Positions 1 through 9,461 of a stretch of DNA of 47,770 nucleotides are shown here, one piece after another. The DNA is from Bacteroidales bacterium. GTDB lineage: Bacteria > Bacteroidota > Bacteroidia > Bacteroidales > UBA12077. The stretch lies in assembly GCA_046545795.1 (NCBI GenBank), contig JBKGZD010000003.1, forward strand, positions 1-47,770, read 5' to 3'. How positions within the stretch are numbered: position 1 is the first letter of the stretch; each line of letters begins with the position of its first letter. The position numbers and the translations under genes were made by a program. Under the pieces are notes generated by a model that was given only the letters and a program-made list of their open reading frames with translations, made no database searches and was not told where the DNA came from.

Positions 1-1
1 A

Positions 2-2026
2 CTGCCTTCCAAATTGATGGAATTTCTTAAATACAGTCCGGTAATTGATCAAAAAACCGATGTTTATGATGAAAATAAAAGCAATCTATCAAAAATCTTT
101 ATTCTCTTGCGGAAGCAAACCGGACATGATTTTTCATTGTATAAAAGAAGTACCCTATATCGCCGCATCGAAAGACGAATGAATGTTCATCAAATTGATA
201 AAATTTCCGGTTATGTCCGGTTTCTGCAGGAAAATCCAAAAGAATTGGATATCCTTTTCAAAGAATTGTTAATAGGAGTAACCAACTTTTTCCGTAATGC
301 AGTGGTATGGGAGAAACTCAAGGAAACCATTTTACCAGGTTTGTTTGAGGAATTACCCGATGACTATACCCTGAGGGCATGGATTGTCGGTTGTTCTACT
401 GGTGAAGAGGCGTATTCACTGGCCATTGTTTTTAAAGAAGCCTATGAAAAAGTGAAAACTGAAAAGAATGTCAGCTTACAAATATTTGCCACTGATATCG
501 ATAGTGATGCTATTGATAGAGCAAGAAAAGGGTCTTTCCCGCCAAATATTGTTGCTGATGTTTCACCTGAACGAATCAATAAATATTTTACCAAAGAAGG
601 AAGTGGCTTTCGGGTAAAAACGTCCATACGCGAAATGGTTGTGTTTGCACCGCACAATGTAATTAAAGATCCTCCATTCACCAATTTAGACTTTTTACTG
701 TGCCGGAATTTATTAATCTACATGGAACCCGAATTACAAAACAAACTAATGAATTTGTTTCAATACAGTTTAAATACCGGGGGAATAATGACACTTGGTA
801 CATCCGAAAATGTACACGGAGAAAGAGGTTTATTCACGCTGGTTGATTCAAAACTGAAAATTTATAAACGAACTGCAGCTCCGGTAGACACAGGATTATT
901 TGATTTTCCGGATTCATTAATGCATACAAGGAAACAATCATCAGGCAACATAAAACCGGCAAAAGTTACTGAAAATATTCAAACACTTACAGAACAACTT
1001 ATACTGCAACGCTTTGCCCCTGCCAGTGTGCTGATAAATCCGGAAGGCGATATTTTATATATAACAGGTCACACCGGTAAATACTTAGAACCTGCTGCGG
1101 GAAAAGCAAATTGGAATATTCACGCTATGTCGCGCGAAGGTTTGAGCAGCGAATTGCCGGGCGCAATCCGAAAAGCAAAACAAAATTACGAACCTCTGAA
1201 ATTGCATCATGTAAAAGTTGGAACAAACGGAGGCACGCAACTTGTAGACGTCACACTTCAACAAATTGAAAAGCCCGAGGCAATAAAAGGAACAATCATA
1301 ATCGTATTCTCTGATGTTGCCAACGTATCGGAAATAGCCAAGAAAGAACCCAAAAAAGGAAACAAAAGTTCAACCTCCCGGGAACAAGAGTTAGAGCTTG
1401 AATTGCAACGTGCCTATGAAGAACTTCAAAGCACGCGTGAAGACATGCAAACAACCTACGAAGAACTCAAAACAACCAACGAAGAATTACAGTCAACAAA
1501 CGAAGAATTGCAATCGACCAACGAAGAACTTACAACATCAAAAGAGGAGATGCAAAGCCTCAACGAAGAGCTGCAAACTGTAAATGCTGAGTTGCAAAGC
1601 AAGATAAACGATTATATTGAGGCCAATAACGACATGAAAAACCTGTTGAACAGCACCGACATCGCAACCTTGTTTCTCGATAAAGAATTAAACATACGCC
1701 GCTTTACCGAACAATTAACAAAACTATTCAAATTGCGGGAAACCGATATAGGCAGACCTTTTACGGAGGTAGTGACCAAATTGCAATACCCAGAAATGAC
1801 CGACCATGCCAAAGAAGTATTACGAACCCTTGTGTACAAGGAATCGGCCATTTCAACCAACGACCAACAGTGGTTTAAGGTTCGTATTATGCCATACCGG
1901 ACGGTCGATGACCACATTGACGGGCTGGTCATAACATTTATTGACATCACCGAGGCCAAAAGATTAGAAAGCGAGCTAAATAAAGCGCATGAAGTACTTC
2001 GTAAACACAATATAAATGAGTTATGA
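2..2026 (+). CDS. CheR-type methyltransferase with coiled coil and PAS domain; probably the C-terminal part of a CheB/CheR fusion whose 5' end lies outside the window
   Basis: The frame is open from base 2 (LPSKLMEF). CheR motifs: HDFSLYK, LLIGVTNFFR, RAWIVGCSTGEEAYS, IFATDID, DPPF, CRNLLIY. An EELQSTNEEL coiled coil and a C-terminal PAS (PYRT..DGLVITF.DIT) follow. Confidence 0.88.
   Translation: MPSKLMEFLKYSPVIDQKTDVYDENKSNLSKIFILLRKQTGHDFSLYKRSTLYRRIERRMNVHQIDKISGYVRFLQENPKELDILFKELLIGVTNFFRNAVVWEKLKETILPGLFEELPDDYTLRAWIVGCSTGEEAYSLAIVFKEAYEKVKTEKNVSLQIFATDIDSDAIDRARKGSFPPNIVADVSPERINKYFTKEGSGFRVKTSIREMVVFAPHNVIKDPPFTNLDFLLCRNLLIYMEPELQNKLMNLFQYSLNTGGIMTLGTSENVHGERGLFTLVDSKLKIYKRTAAPVDTGLFDFPDSLMHTRKQSSGNIKPAKVTENIQTLTEQLILQRFAPASVLINPEGDILYITGHTGKYLEPAAGKANWNIHAMSREGLSSELPGAIRKAKQNYEPLKLHHVKVGTNGGTQLVDVTLQQIEKPEAIKGTIIIVFSDVANVSEIAKKEPKKGNKSSTSREQELELELQRAYEELQSTREDMQTTYEELKTTNEELQSTNEELQSTNEELTTSKEEMQSLNEELQTVNAELQSKINDYIEANNDMKNLLNSTDIATLFLDKELNIRRFTEQLTKLFKLRETDIGRPFTEVVTKLQYPEMTDHAKEVLRTLVYKESAISTNDQQWFKVRIMPYRTVDDHIDGLVITFIDITEAKRLESELNKAHEVLRKHNINEL
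1458..1541 (+). repeat. 4 x 21-bp imperfect tandem repeat encoding heptads (EELKTTN/EELQSTN/EELQSTN/EELTTSK)
   Basis: ACGAAGAA recurs at 1458, 1479, 1500 and 1521, inside the CheR fusion. Confidence 0.85.
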
Positions 2027-3759
2027 AAAAAAGAAAGAACATTTCACAAGATGCCAAGAAGCTGAGACAAAAGGCAGAAGAGGAACTAAAAAAGCAACAA
2101 GCTAAAACAAGTTCATCCTCGTCTGAAAGCGAGTTGCAGAAACTCATTCACGAACTGGAAGTGCATCAGATAGAACTGGAAATGCAAAACGAAGAACTAA
2201 TTATAGCCAAAGAACAGGCCGAACAGGCTGAAGAAAAATATGCCGAATTGTATGATTATGCTCCATCAGGCTACCTTACACTTTCTAAAAAAGGCGAAAT
2301 TACAGAACTAAATTTTGCAGCCGCCCGATTACTTGGAAAAAACCGATCACAATTGATAAAAAGAAATTTTGCATTTTTTTTATCCGAAGATTCACGGGCG
2401 GATTTTAATCTCTTTTTTCAAAAAGTTTTTGCCGGGAAAGAAAAACAGTCCTGCGAATTAACCATAATCCCGGAAGGCAATTCCGAGTCGGCAAAAAAAG
2501 ATGCTCCCATACATGTAAATATTGATGGTGTCCTTAACCAGGACAATGACTTATGCCATTTAACAATGGTTGATATTACAGAAAAAATTAAAAGAAATCA
2601 AGAACTTATTAAAGCAAAAGAAAAAGCCGAAGAAACCGACCGTCTGAAATCCATTTTTCTCGCTAATATGAGTCACGAGATCCGTACCCCAATGAATGGT
2701 ATTCTTGGCTTTGCTGAGTTATTGAAAAACCCCGATATTACTTATGATCAGAAACAACATTATACCAATATAATTAAGCAAAGTGGGACACGCTTACTCA
2801 ATATCATAGATAACTTAATTGATGTTTCAAAAATAGAAGCCGGTCTGATGAAATTAGAGATGACACAGACCAATATAAACGAGCAAATCGAATACATTTA
2901 TTCCTTTTTCAAACCTGAAGTTGAAGCTAAGGGAATGGAGTTATCCTTCAGTAACACCCTTCCCTCCAAAGAAGCCATCATTAACACCGATCGCGAAAAA
3001 GTATATGCCATTCTTACCAATCTTGTAAAAAATGCCATTAAATACAGCAGAAAAGGTACGATAGTGATCGGTTATACCAAAAAGGACAAGACCATTGAAT
3101 TTTATGTAAAAGACACCGGCATTGGAATTCCTGAAGAAAGACAGAATGAAATATTTGAGCGTTTTATACAGGCTGACATCAAAGACAAGAAAACACGCCA
3201 GGGAGCAGGGTTGGGTTTAACCATTACAAAAGCATATGTGGAAATGCTTGGTGGTAAAATCTGGGTAGAAAGCCAGGAAGGTATTGGGTCAACATTTTAT
3301 TTCACCCTACCCTATCTTGTTGAATCAGAATCACAAAACACAGATAAACAAGCTATTCCCGGCGAAAATAAATTACAACAGACCAAAAACCTGAAAATCC
3401 TGATTGCAGAAGATGATATAACATCAGAAATGTTGCTCTCAGAATATGTCAACGAGTTTGCTGAAGAAATTATAGAAGCAAAGACCGGTCATGAAACTAT
3501 TGAAATTTGTCGCAACAATCCGGATATTGATTTGATTCTAATGGATATTCAAATGCCTGATTTGAACGGTTATGAGGCCACAAAAAGAATCCGTCAATTT
3601 AACCAGGATGTTGTCATTATAGCCCAAACAGCATTTGTATTATCCGGAGACAAGGAAGCAGCCATTGAAGCCGGATGCAATGATTATATAGCCAAACCCA
3701 TTGACAAAGCCGAATTAAAAGAATTAATTCAAATGTATTTCCAGCCCATAAGCGAATAG
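2023..3759 (+). CDS. Cytoplasmic PAS-domain hybrid sensor histidine kinase/response regulator
   Basis: N-terminal ELEVHQIELEMQNEEL coil, PAS domain, H-box FLANMSHEIRTPMN, N-box NLVKNAIKY, G1 DTGIG, G2 GAGLGL, receiver (AEDD, LMDIQMP, KP). ATGA overlap with the upstream gene. Confidence 0.93.
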   Translation: MKKRKNISQDAKKLRQKAEEELKKQQAKTSSSSSESELQKLIHELEVHQIELEMQNEELIIAKEQAEQAEEKYAELYDYAPSGYLTLSKKGEITELNFAAARLLGKNRSQLIKRNFAFFLSEDSRADFNLFFQKVFAGKEKQSCELTIIPEGNSESAKKDAPIHVNIDGVLNQDNDLCHLTMVDITEKIKRNQELIKAKEKAEETDRLKSIFLANMSHEIRTPMNGILGFAELLKNPDITYDQKQHYTNIIKQSGTRLLNIIDNLIDVSKIEAGLMKLEMTQTNINEQIEYIYSFFKPEVEAKGMELSFSNTLPSKEAIINTDREKVYAILTNLVKNAIKYSRKGTIVIGYTKKDKTIEFYVKDTGIGIPEERQNEIFERFIQADIKDKKTRQGAGLGLTITKAYVEMLGGKIWVESQEGIGSTFYFTLPYLVESESQNTDKQAIPGENKLQQTKNLKILIAEDDITSEMLLSEYVNEFAEEIIEAKTGHETIEICRNNPDIDLILMDIQMPDLNGYEATKRIRQFNQDVVIIAQTAFVLSGDKEAAIEAGCNDYIAKPIDKAELKELIQMYFQPISE

Positions 3760-3804
3760 AAACTATTTGGCTGGAAGGATTCCAGTATCAGCAGTAATCT
3801 GAAT

Positions 3805-4272
3805 ATGAAAATATCAGATTTTATTAACGTGCCGGAATATGGGTGCTTGATAGATAAACGAACCAGAAAAATATACGACCGGGAACATTGTATTAAAAAA
3901 ATATGGAGTATTGGTGGAAAGAATGGTTGGTATTACGGAAATTGGTTATGGGAAGTGCGTGGATTTCTTGATAAAATAGCCGGAGGTGTTGGATTACGAA
4001 GGGGCCGAACAAACCAGGAAGTAATCGAGGCAGGTGATACACTGGATTTTTGGAGGGTATTATATGCAAATCGGCAGGAAGGACGTTTATTGTTGTTTGC
4101 TGAAATGAAATTACCAGGAGAAGCATGGCTCGAATTCAAAATTACCGGTGACACGCTGGTTCAAACAGCTACCTTCCGTCCATTGGGTTTAACCGGCAGA
4201 CTATACTGGTATGCCGTATATCCTTTACATGGTTTAATTTTCAATGGTTTAATCAAAAAATTAACAGAATAA
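3805..4272 (+). CDS. DUF2867-domain protein; probably the 5'-truncated C-terminal half of an SDR/epimerase-DUF2867 (YbjT-like) gene
   Basis: IGG.NGWY, GGVGLRRGR, LDFWRV, AEMKLPGEAWLEF, F.PLGL.GRLYWY motifs. Similarity to the longer family appears to continue upstream of the ATG (GWKDS). Confidence 0.8.
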   Translation: MKISDFINVPEYGCLIDKRTRKIYDREHCIKKIWSIGGKNGWYYGNWLWEVRGFLDKIAGGVGLRRGRTNQEVIEAGDTLDFWRVLYANRQEGRLLLFAEMKLPGEAWLEFKITGDTLVQTATFRPLGLTGRLYWYAVYPLHGLIFNGLIKKLTE

Positions 4273-4274
4273 AA

Positions 4275-4651
4275 GCCAAAGTAGACAGCATTAGTGTTAC
4301 TTCCTGTGAAATTATAATAAATGGAACATCTTATGGTAAATTTGGACTATGGGAATTGATAAAAGGTAAAGTTTACTTATCCTGGGAGCCTGCCAATCCT
4401 ATGAACCAGAAGATTGTGGATTGAGAACTGGTCGAAAGAAACCAGGACAGACTCGTTACCGGTGTATCCAATCTTATTATTTTAAAGCCACCCAGAAAAG
4501 CAAGCCGTCAGAACTGGCAGTGGTGGAAACATTCAACCGGGGAGATATACTTACACCTTCCTGTTTCAACAGGGCTACCAGTGGGCATATGAGTCCGGAT
4601 AATGAGGAATGGTTGGGTAATGGACATTTCATAAAACCTTTGATAAATTAA
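4275..4651 (+). pseudogene. Decayed N-terminal fragment of a secreted alpha/beta-hydrolase-domain protein (Abhydrolase_10-like)
   Basis: Manual translation gives AKVDSISVTS...YGKFGLWELIKGKVYLSWEPANPMNQKIVD*ELVERNQDRLV...IILKP, then a frameshift near 4490 into ...LAVVETFNRG...FNRATS...WLGNG. In-frame TGA at 4422-4424. Family recognised from memory of the pattern G.YE...G.VYF..DP..P.N..IVDL / EVSNRG. Confidence 0.6.
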
Positions 4652-4881
4652 AAAATAAACTTATGAAAAAACTATGGAGTAATTGACAATGAAACAGGTT
4701 AAAAATAAAAGCAGGCTTTTGCCTGCTCTAATTCTTTTAACACTCATTATTTGTCATTCAGAGCATGTTAGCCTGGATTATCATATTCAACCAAATGCAT
4801 ATTATAACAAAGACTCTGCAAAAAGATTTACAGCAATTCTCCCCCTGACCCTTAAAAGAAGTTGTGAGTAAAGTTTTCTAT

Positions 4882-5637
4882 TCATAAATTATAGTCAAAA
4901 CTCCCATCAGGCAGCATATTGTCTGGATGATATTGTTTTTTTTCTTCCATTTGAAAGCGTTTGCATGTCTCCCAGTCGCCTTTACAATACCTGTCAATCC
5001 AGTATTTTGTCAGTTTTCCCTGCTCGTAGAATGTTTTTACCGGACAAGAGTTAAACCATTTGCAAGTCTTAGTTACAATATTAATCTTCCTGTAATTTAA
5101 TAACAGCGTCTCATATCGTGCACTTTCATGCACGACGGTTGCGGGATGTCTGAGCGGAAGAATTTTTCTGTTATTGGCAACTAAAAGACTCCCAAAAAGC
5201 TTTGGAAAATTATCACTACATGGAATCTCAAACTTATATTTTTTTAAAATAAATTTTGTGACATGATATCCTAAAGGTATTATAATATCAGGGTCTGCAA
5301 GTTCAATTTCTTCCATCAGGTAAATACTGCATGCTTCTATTTCATCGTTCCTTGGTTTTCTGGAATTTGGAAGGAAACATTTCAGCATGTTTGTCATATA
5401 GAAATTTTCTTTTTTCAACCCTAGTTCATCAAACAACTTATCAAGAACTTTACCCGAGGGACCAATAAACATTTCCCCTGCCCTGTTCTCTTCTCTGCCT
5501 GGCGCCTGTCCGACTATCATTATTTCCGGGTTAAGACAACCTGTCCCCGGAACCACATTTTTACGGGTATCAGACAACCGGCAAAGTGTACATTGTTGTA
5601 TCCGTTTTTTAATTCTATGATAATCTTCTATTAACAT
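4882..5637 (-). CDS. Uracil-DNA glycosylase, family-4-like ([4Fe-4S]), with a C-terminal Cys-rich extension
   Basis: CTLC, VVPG.G, GQAPG..E, MFIGPSG, TN..KC, EIEAC and HPA motifs, plus an extra ~60-aa tail CKW..CP...YC...C..HPD.MLPDG. Confidence 0.87.
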   Translation of the reverse strand: MLIEDYHRIKKRIQQCTLCRLSDTRKNVVPGTGCLNPEIMIVGQAPGREENRAGEMFIGPSGKVLDKLFDELGLKKENFYMTNMLKCFLPNSRKPRNDEIEACSIYLMEEIELADPDIIIPLGYHVTKFILKKYKFEIPCSDNFPKLFGSLLVANNRKILPLRHPATVVHESARYETLLLNYRKINIVTKTCKWFNSCPVKTFYEQGKLTKYWIDRYCKGDWETCKRFQMEEKKQYHPDNMLPDGSFDYNL

Positions 5638-5703
5638 CCTTCAATATCTGAATAATTGCTCAATTTTTTATAAATTTACTTTTTTCGGGATAAAAAGACA
5701 ACA

Positions 5704-7050
5704 ATGAAAAAATTAAAACAACTGGAAGTTTTTTTCAGGGAAAAATTATGGGGCATACGACTGGAAAGTAAATCCGGTCGTCAGAGGATATGGCTTCGCC
5801 TGCTGAGGATTTTAGCGCTGGCAGTTCGCGGATTCCAGGAAGACAAAGTAAGCCTTCGGGCCTCAGCACTTACCGTTTATTCTCTTTTAGCAGTAGTCCC
5901 TGTAGTAGCAATGGCTTTTGGAATTGCAAAGGGTTTTGGATTGCAGAGTTATTTGGAACAACTCAAGACACAACTGGAAGCCAGATTTTTAGTAAATGTA
6001 GAAAGCCAGCAGGAAATAATAGACAGAATTTTTGAATTTGCAGATTCATTTCTTGCAAACACCAAAGGTGGAATAATTGCTGGATTTGGATTGGTAATAT
6101 TACTTTGGTCAGTGCTCAAAGTCTTTTCAAACATTGAAAGTTCATTCAATGCAATTTGGCATATAAGAAAGTCACGTTCATGGTTTAGAAAGTTCAGTGA
6201 TTATTTCTCACTGATGCTTATAGGTCCAATTATTGTAATTCTCTCCAGCAGCGCTACTGTTTACATAACCACTCAGATAGAAGCAATTACTGCAGAAGTT
6301 GAACTTCTCGGATTCATAAGCCCGGTTATTACTTTCCTGGTAAAACTGATACCTTACGTTCTAATATGGTTCTTATTTACGTTTCTTTACATGTTCATGC
6401 CAAATACAAAAGTTCAATTCAGATCAGCGTTGATTGGAGGTATTGTTGCCGGAACATTATTTGTTGCAACACAATGGGCGTATATACACTTCCAGGTAGG
6501 TGTTTCAAGATATAATGCCATCTACGGTAGTTTTGCCGCATTACCATTGTTTATAATATGGATACAGATAAGCTGGCTGCTTGTGTTGCTTGGGGGAGAA
6601 ATTTCATTTGCAGAGCAAAACTTAAAAAAATATGAATTTGTTACCGATGTTGAAAACATTAGTTTATATGCCAAAAAAATTCTCGCTTTAACAATAACAC
6701 ATCTCCTTGTAAAGAATTTCATGAAGGCAGAAAAACCTTTCACAGCGGAAAAAATAAGCCAGGACTTGAAAATTCCAATCAGACTGGTGCGAATTATCTT
6801 ATACGAACTTGTAGAATGCCGGATTCTCTCAGAAAGCATAAGTCCTAACACAAAAGAAAGAGCATACCAGCCAGCACAAGATATTAATAATCTTTCGGTT
6901 ACGTATGTCTTAAAGTCACTTGAACATTTAGGTAAAGACAAAATCCTTTCTCTTCAGAAAAAAGAGCAGGAACAAATTAAAAAAATTGTCGATGATCAAT
7001 GGGTGACTATGGGAAAAACAGATGGAGCAACGCTTTTAAAAAATATATAA
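5704..7050 (+). CDS. YihY/virulence factor BrkB family membrane protein with a C-terminal HTH-like extension
   Basis: RASALT..SLLAVVP, IE.SFN.IW, MPNTKV and YNAIYGSFAALP motifs; about 6 TM segments. Confidence 0.88.
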   Translation: MKKLKQLEVFFREKLWGIRLESKSGRQRIWLRLLRILALAVRGFQEDKVSLRASALTVYSLLAVVPVVAMAFGIAKGFGLQSYLEQLKTQLEARFLVNVESQQEIIDRIFEFADSFLANTKGGIIAGFGLVILLWSVLKVFSNIESSFNAIWHIRKSRSWFRKFSDYFSLMLIGPIIVILSSSATVYITTQIEAITAEVELLGFISPVITFLVKLIPYVLIWFLFTFLYMFMPNTKVQFRSALIGGIVAGTLFVATQWAYIHFQVGVSRYNAIYGSFAALPLFIIWIQISWLLVLLGGEISFAEQNLKKYEFVTDVENISLYAKKILALTITHLLVKNFMKAEKPFTAEKISQDLKIPIRLVRIILYELVECRILSESISPNTKERAYQPAQDINNLSVTYVLKSLEHLGKDKILSLQKKEQEQIKKIVDDQWVTMGKTDGATLLKNI

Positions 7051-7113
7051 TTCTCGTGATGATGTTCCGATATCAACAGAAAAGAGTAAAAGTAAACCTT
7101 CAGAGTGTTTGTG

Positions 7114-7698
7114 CTAATTTCCATTTTGTTGCTTTGCGTAATAAGCATTTGCCGTTTCTTCCAGTTCATTATACCATTTTTCCCCATACCGTCTGACAAG
7201 TGCTTCTTTTAAGAATTTATATACAGGAACTCCCTCTATATTTCCCTTATTAACCGCTGCCCTGCATATCTCCCATTCATGGTAATTCAGCGCTTCCAGA
7301 CCGCCTACGTCCGAAATTCTTATAGGATATAAATGACAGGAAATCGGTTTTCTGAAATTAATTTTTCCATCAAAATAGGCATTCTCAATAGCACATTTTG
7401 CAATTCCATCTTCAAAAACTGCATAAGCGCATTCCTCGCCACGAACAAGCGGTGTAACCATATCTCCATCGTTATCTTTAACAACAGCTCCATGTTTTTT
7501 GACAGCTTTCAGTCCTTCTTTCCGCATATATGGTTTAACTTTCTCCAATATGGATTCCAACAGAATCCCTTCCGTGTCCTCCACTGGCGCTCCCGCTACA
7601 CCTTCAACACAACAATTTCCTTTACACTGCTGTATATCACAAATAAATCTTTGCTCAAATACATCAAGGCTAACAAGCGCCTCACCTATCAATACCAT
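7114..7698 (-). CDS. DUF3109 family Cys-rich protein
   Basis: F.CD...CKG.CCVEG..GAP, C.IE.A, KPISCHLYPIR, W.IC, FLKE.L.R.YG..WY. Confidence 0.85.
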   Translation of the reverse strand: MVLIGEALVSLDVFEQRFICDIQQCKGNCCVEGVAGAPVEDTEGILLESILEKVKPYMRKEGLKAVKKHGAVVKDNDGDMVTPLVRGEECAYAVFEDGIAKCAIENAYFDGKINFRKPISCHLYPIRISDVGGLEALNYHEWEICRAAVNKGNIEGVPVYKFLKEALVRRYGEKWYNELEETANAYYAKQQNGN

Positions 7699-7717
7699 AA
7701 ATTCATATTTTTAAAGT

Positions 7718-9244
7718 TCAATCTATCAATGATTTACCTGTCATCTCTTCAGGTGCAGATAAATCCATTATTTCAAGAAGTGTAGGAGCAACATCTGCTA
7801 ATATTCCTTCCCTAATCTTCTTAAAATCTTCAGTCACCAATACAGAAGGTACCGGATTCATTGAATGAGCTGTATTTGGAGTTCCATCAGGGTTCACTGC
7901 ATTATCAGCATTTCCATGGTCGGCAATAATCAAAGCATTATAGGCATTCTCCTTAGCAGCTTCAACAACTTCTTTCAGACAACTATCTACTGCTTCAATA
8001 GCTTTTATAATTGCCTCATATATTCCTGTATGACCTACCATATCACCATTAGCAAAATTAAGGCAAATAAAATCATGTTCCTGTTTCTTCAACTCCTCAA
8101 CCACAGCATCTTTAACTTTATATGCACTCATCTCAGGTTTTTCGTCATAAGTTCTCACTTCTTGCGGTGAAGGAATCAGAATTCTTGATTCATTTTTAAA
8201 CTTTTCTTCGCGTCCCCCGGAGAAGAAAAAGGTTACATGCGCATATTTTTCAGTTTCAGCAATTCTCAATTGCTTCCTGCCTTCTTTGGCAAGTACTTCC
8301 CCCATCGTATTCTTGATATTTTCCTTATCATATATAATCTTAACATCCCTGAAAGATTCATCATAACGAGTCATTGTCAGATAATACAAGGGAATGGTTT
8401 TCATTCCATGCTCCGGCATATCTTTTTGTGTAAGAGCTATGGTAATTTCCCTTAGGCGGTCAGTTCGAAAATTAAAACAAATTACCACATCTCCTTTGTT
8501 TATATTTCCTACAGGTTTATCTTCATCATCAACCATAACAATTGGCTCAATGAATTCATCAGTCAGTTTATTATTATAAGATTCCTGCATGGATTGCAGT
8601 ATATCTTTCGATTTTTTCCCTTTTCCATTAACAAAAAGGTCATATGCCTTCTTGATTCTGTCCCATCTTTTATCCCTGTCCATACCGTAAAAACGGCCAA
8701 CCAGGGAAGCTAATTTTCCATTTGAATTGTCCAGGTGGTTTAGTAGATTTTTTATGTATCCTTTGCCGCTTTGGGGGTCTGTATCTCGACCATCTGTAAG
8801 TGCGTGTATATAAACATTATCCAGTCCATAATCTTTGGTCATATCACACAGCTTATATAAATGCTTGTCAGAGCTGTGCACTCCCCCATCTGACACCAAT
8901 CCTATAAAGTGAACAGCTTTGCCGTTTTCTTTTGCATATTGAAAAGCATCAGTCAGAACTTCATTTTTGTCAAAAGTACCTTCTTCAATAGCTTTGTTGA
9001 TTTTTACCAAGTCCTGGTAGACAATTCTTCCTGCCCCAATGTTAAGGTGCCCTACTTCCGAGTTACCCATTTGTCCTTCCGGCAAGCCAACATTTTCACC
9101 TGAGGTATGCAAAACAGAATTCGGATATTCTTTTAATAATTGATCCATATATGGAGTTTTTGCATTATATACAGCATTTTTCTCTGTATGATCTCCAACA
9201 CCCCATCCGTCTAATATAATCAGTATTGATTTTTTTCCTGCCAT
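7718..9244 (-). CDS. gpmI: 2,3-bisphosphoglycerate-independent phosphoglycerate mutase
   Basis: [51 protein letters not shown]. Start placed at ATG 9244 rather than TTG 9253. Confidence 0.97.
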   Translation of the reverse strand: MAGKKSILIILDGWGVGDHTEKNAVYNAKTPYMDQLLKEYPNSVLHTSGENVGLPEGQMGNSEVGHLNIGAGRIVYQDLVKINKAIEEGTFDKNEVLTDAFQYAKENGKAVHFIGLVSDGGVHSSDKHLYKLCDMTKDYGLDNVYIHALTDGRDTDPQSGKGYIKNLLNHLDNSNGKLASLVGRFYGMDRDKRWDRIKKAYDLFVNGKGKKSKDILQSMQESYNNKLTDEFIEPIVMVDDEDKPVGNINKGDVVICFNFRTDRLREITIALTQKDMPEHGMKTIPLYYLTMTRYDESFRDVKIIYDKENIKNTMGEVLAKEGRKQLRIAETEKYAHVTFFFSGGREEKFKNESRILIPSPQEVRTYDEKPEMSAYKVKDAVVEELKKQEHDFICLNFANGDMVGHTGIYEAIIKAIEAVDSCLKEVVEAAKENAYNALIIADHGNADNAVNPDGTPNTAHSMNPVPSVLVTEDFKKIREGILADVAPTLLEIMDLSAPEEMTGKSLID

Positions 9245-9275
9245 AGTACTCAAATTTAATTATTATTTGTGTATG

Positions 9276-9283
9276 CAAAATTA
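9276..9283 (-). promoter_or_regulatory. Bacteroidota sigma-A -7 element (TAATTTTG) for gpmI
   Basis: Exact TAnnTTTG match about 30 bp upstream of the ATG; no clean -33 TTTG. Confidence 0.5.
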
Positions 9284-9293
9284 ATAAAAACCC

Positions 9294-9392
9294 TTTATGA
9301 AACGTCCATGATAATAAACATGATTATCACAAAAGGAAATGTTTATTTTATCATGGTAAGTTCCATATGACCTTTAGAAATTAAATAATCAT
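9294..9392. repeat. Dispersed palindromic element, copy A (near-intact)
   Basis: Arms 9296-9321 and 9339-9367 are imperfect inverted repeats around a 17-bp spacer. About 90% identical to the reverse complement of 21431-21513. Confidence 0.9.
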
Positions 9393-9404
9393 CTTATGAA
9401 AATA

Positions 9405-9435
9405 AAAAATCACCAGCAAGGTGCCGGTGATTTTT
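9405..9435 (-). terminator. Intrinsic terminator after the betaine ABC operon
   Basis: AAAAATCACC-AGCAAGGTGCC-GGTGATTTTT stem-loop with A/T tracts on both sides, about 25 bp past the stop codon. Confidence 0.7.
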
Positions 9436-9461
9436 CAGATATAAGTGAGTTTTCTTCTGAA

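Noticed and set aside
1458-1541. 21-bp periodic repeats as a CRISPR-like array
   Set aside because: They are in-frame coding heptads with no spacers and no cas genes.
3757-4424. Genome-wide stop-codon reassignment suggested by the in-frame TAG (3757) and TGA (4422)
   Set aside because: TAG and TGA terminate several conserved full-length genes in this window (e.g. recQ with TAG, gpmI with TGA), so the standard code applies.
9310-9328. GATAATAAACATGATTATC matches the 19-bp E. coli Fur box at 15 of 19 positions, upstream of gpmI
   Set aside because: It lies inside repeat copy A and the spacing is broken by a 2-bp indel in copy B. The neighbours are not iron genes, so it is probably a by-product of the AT-rich palindrome.
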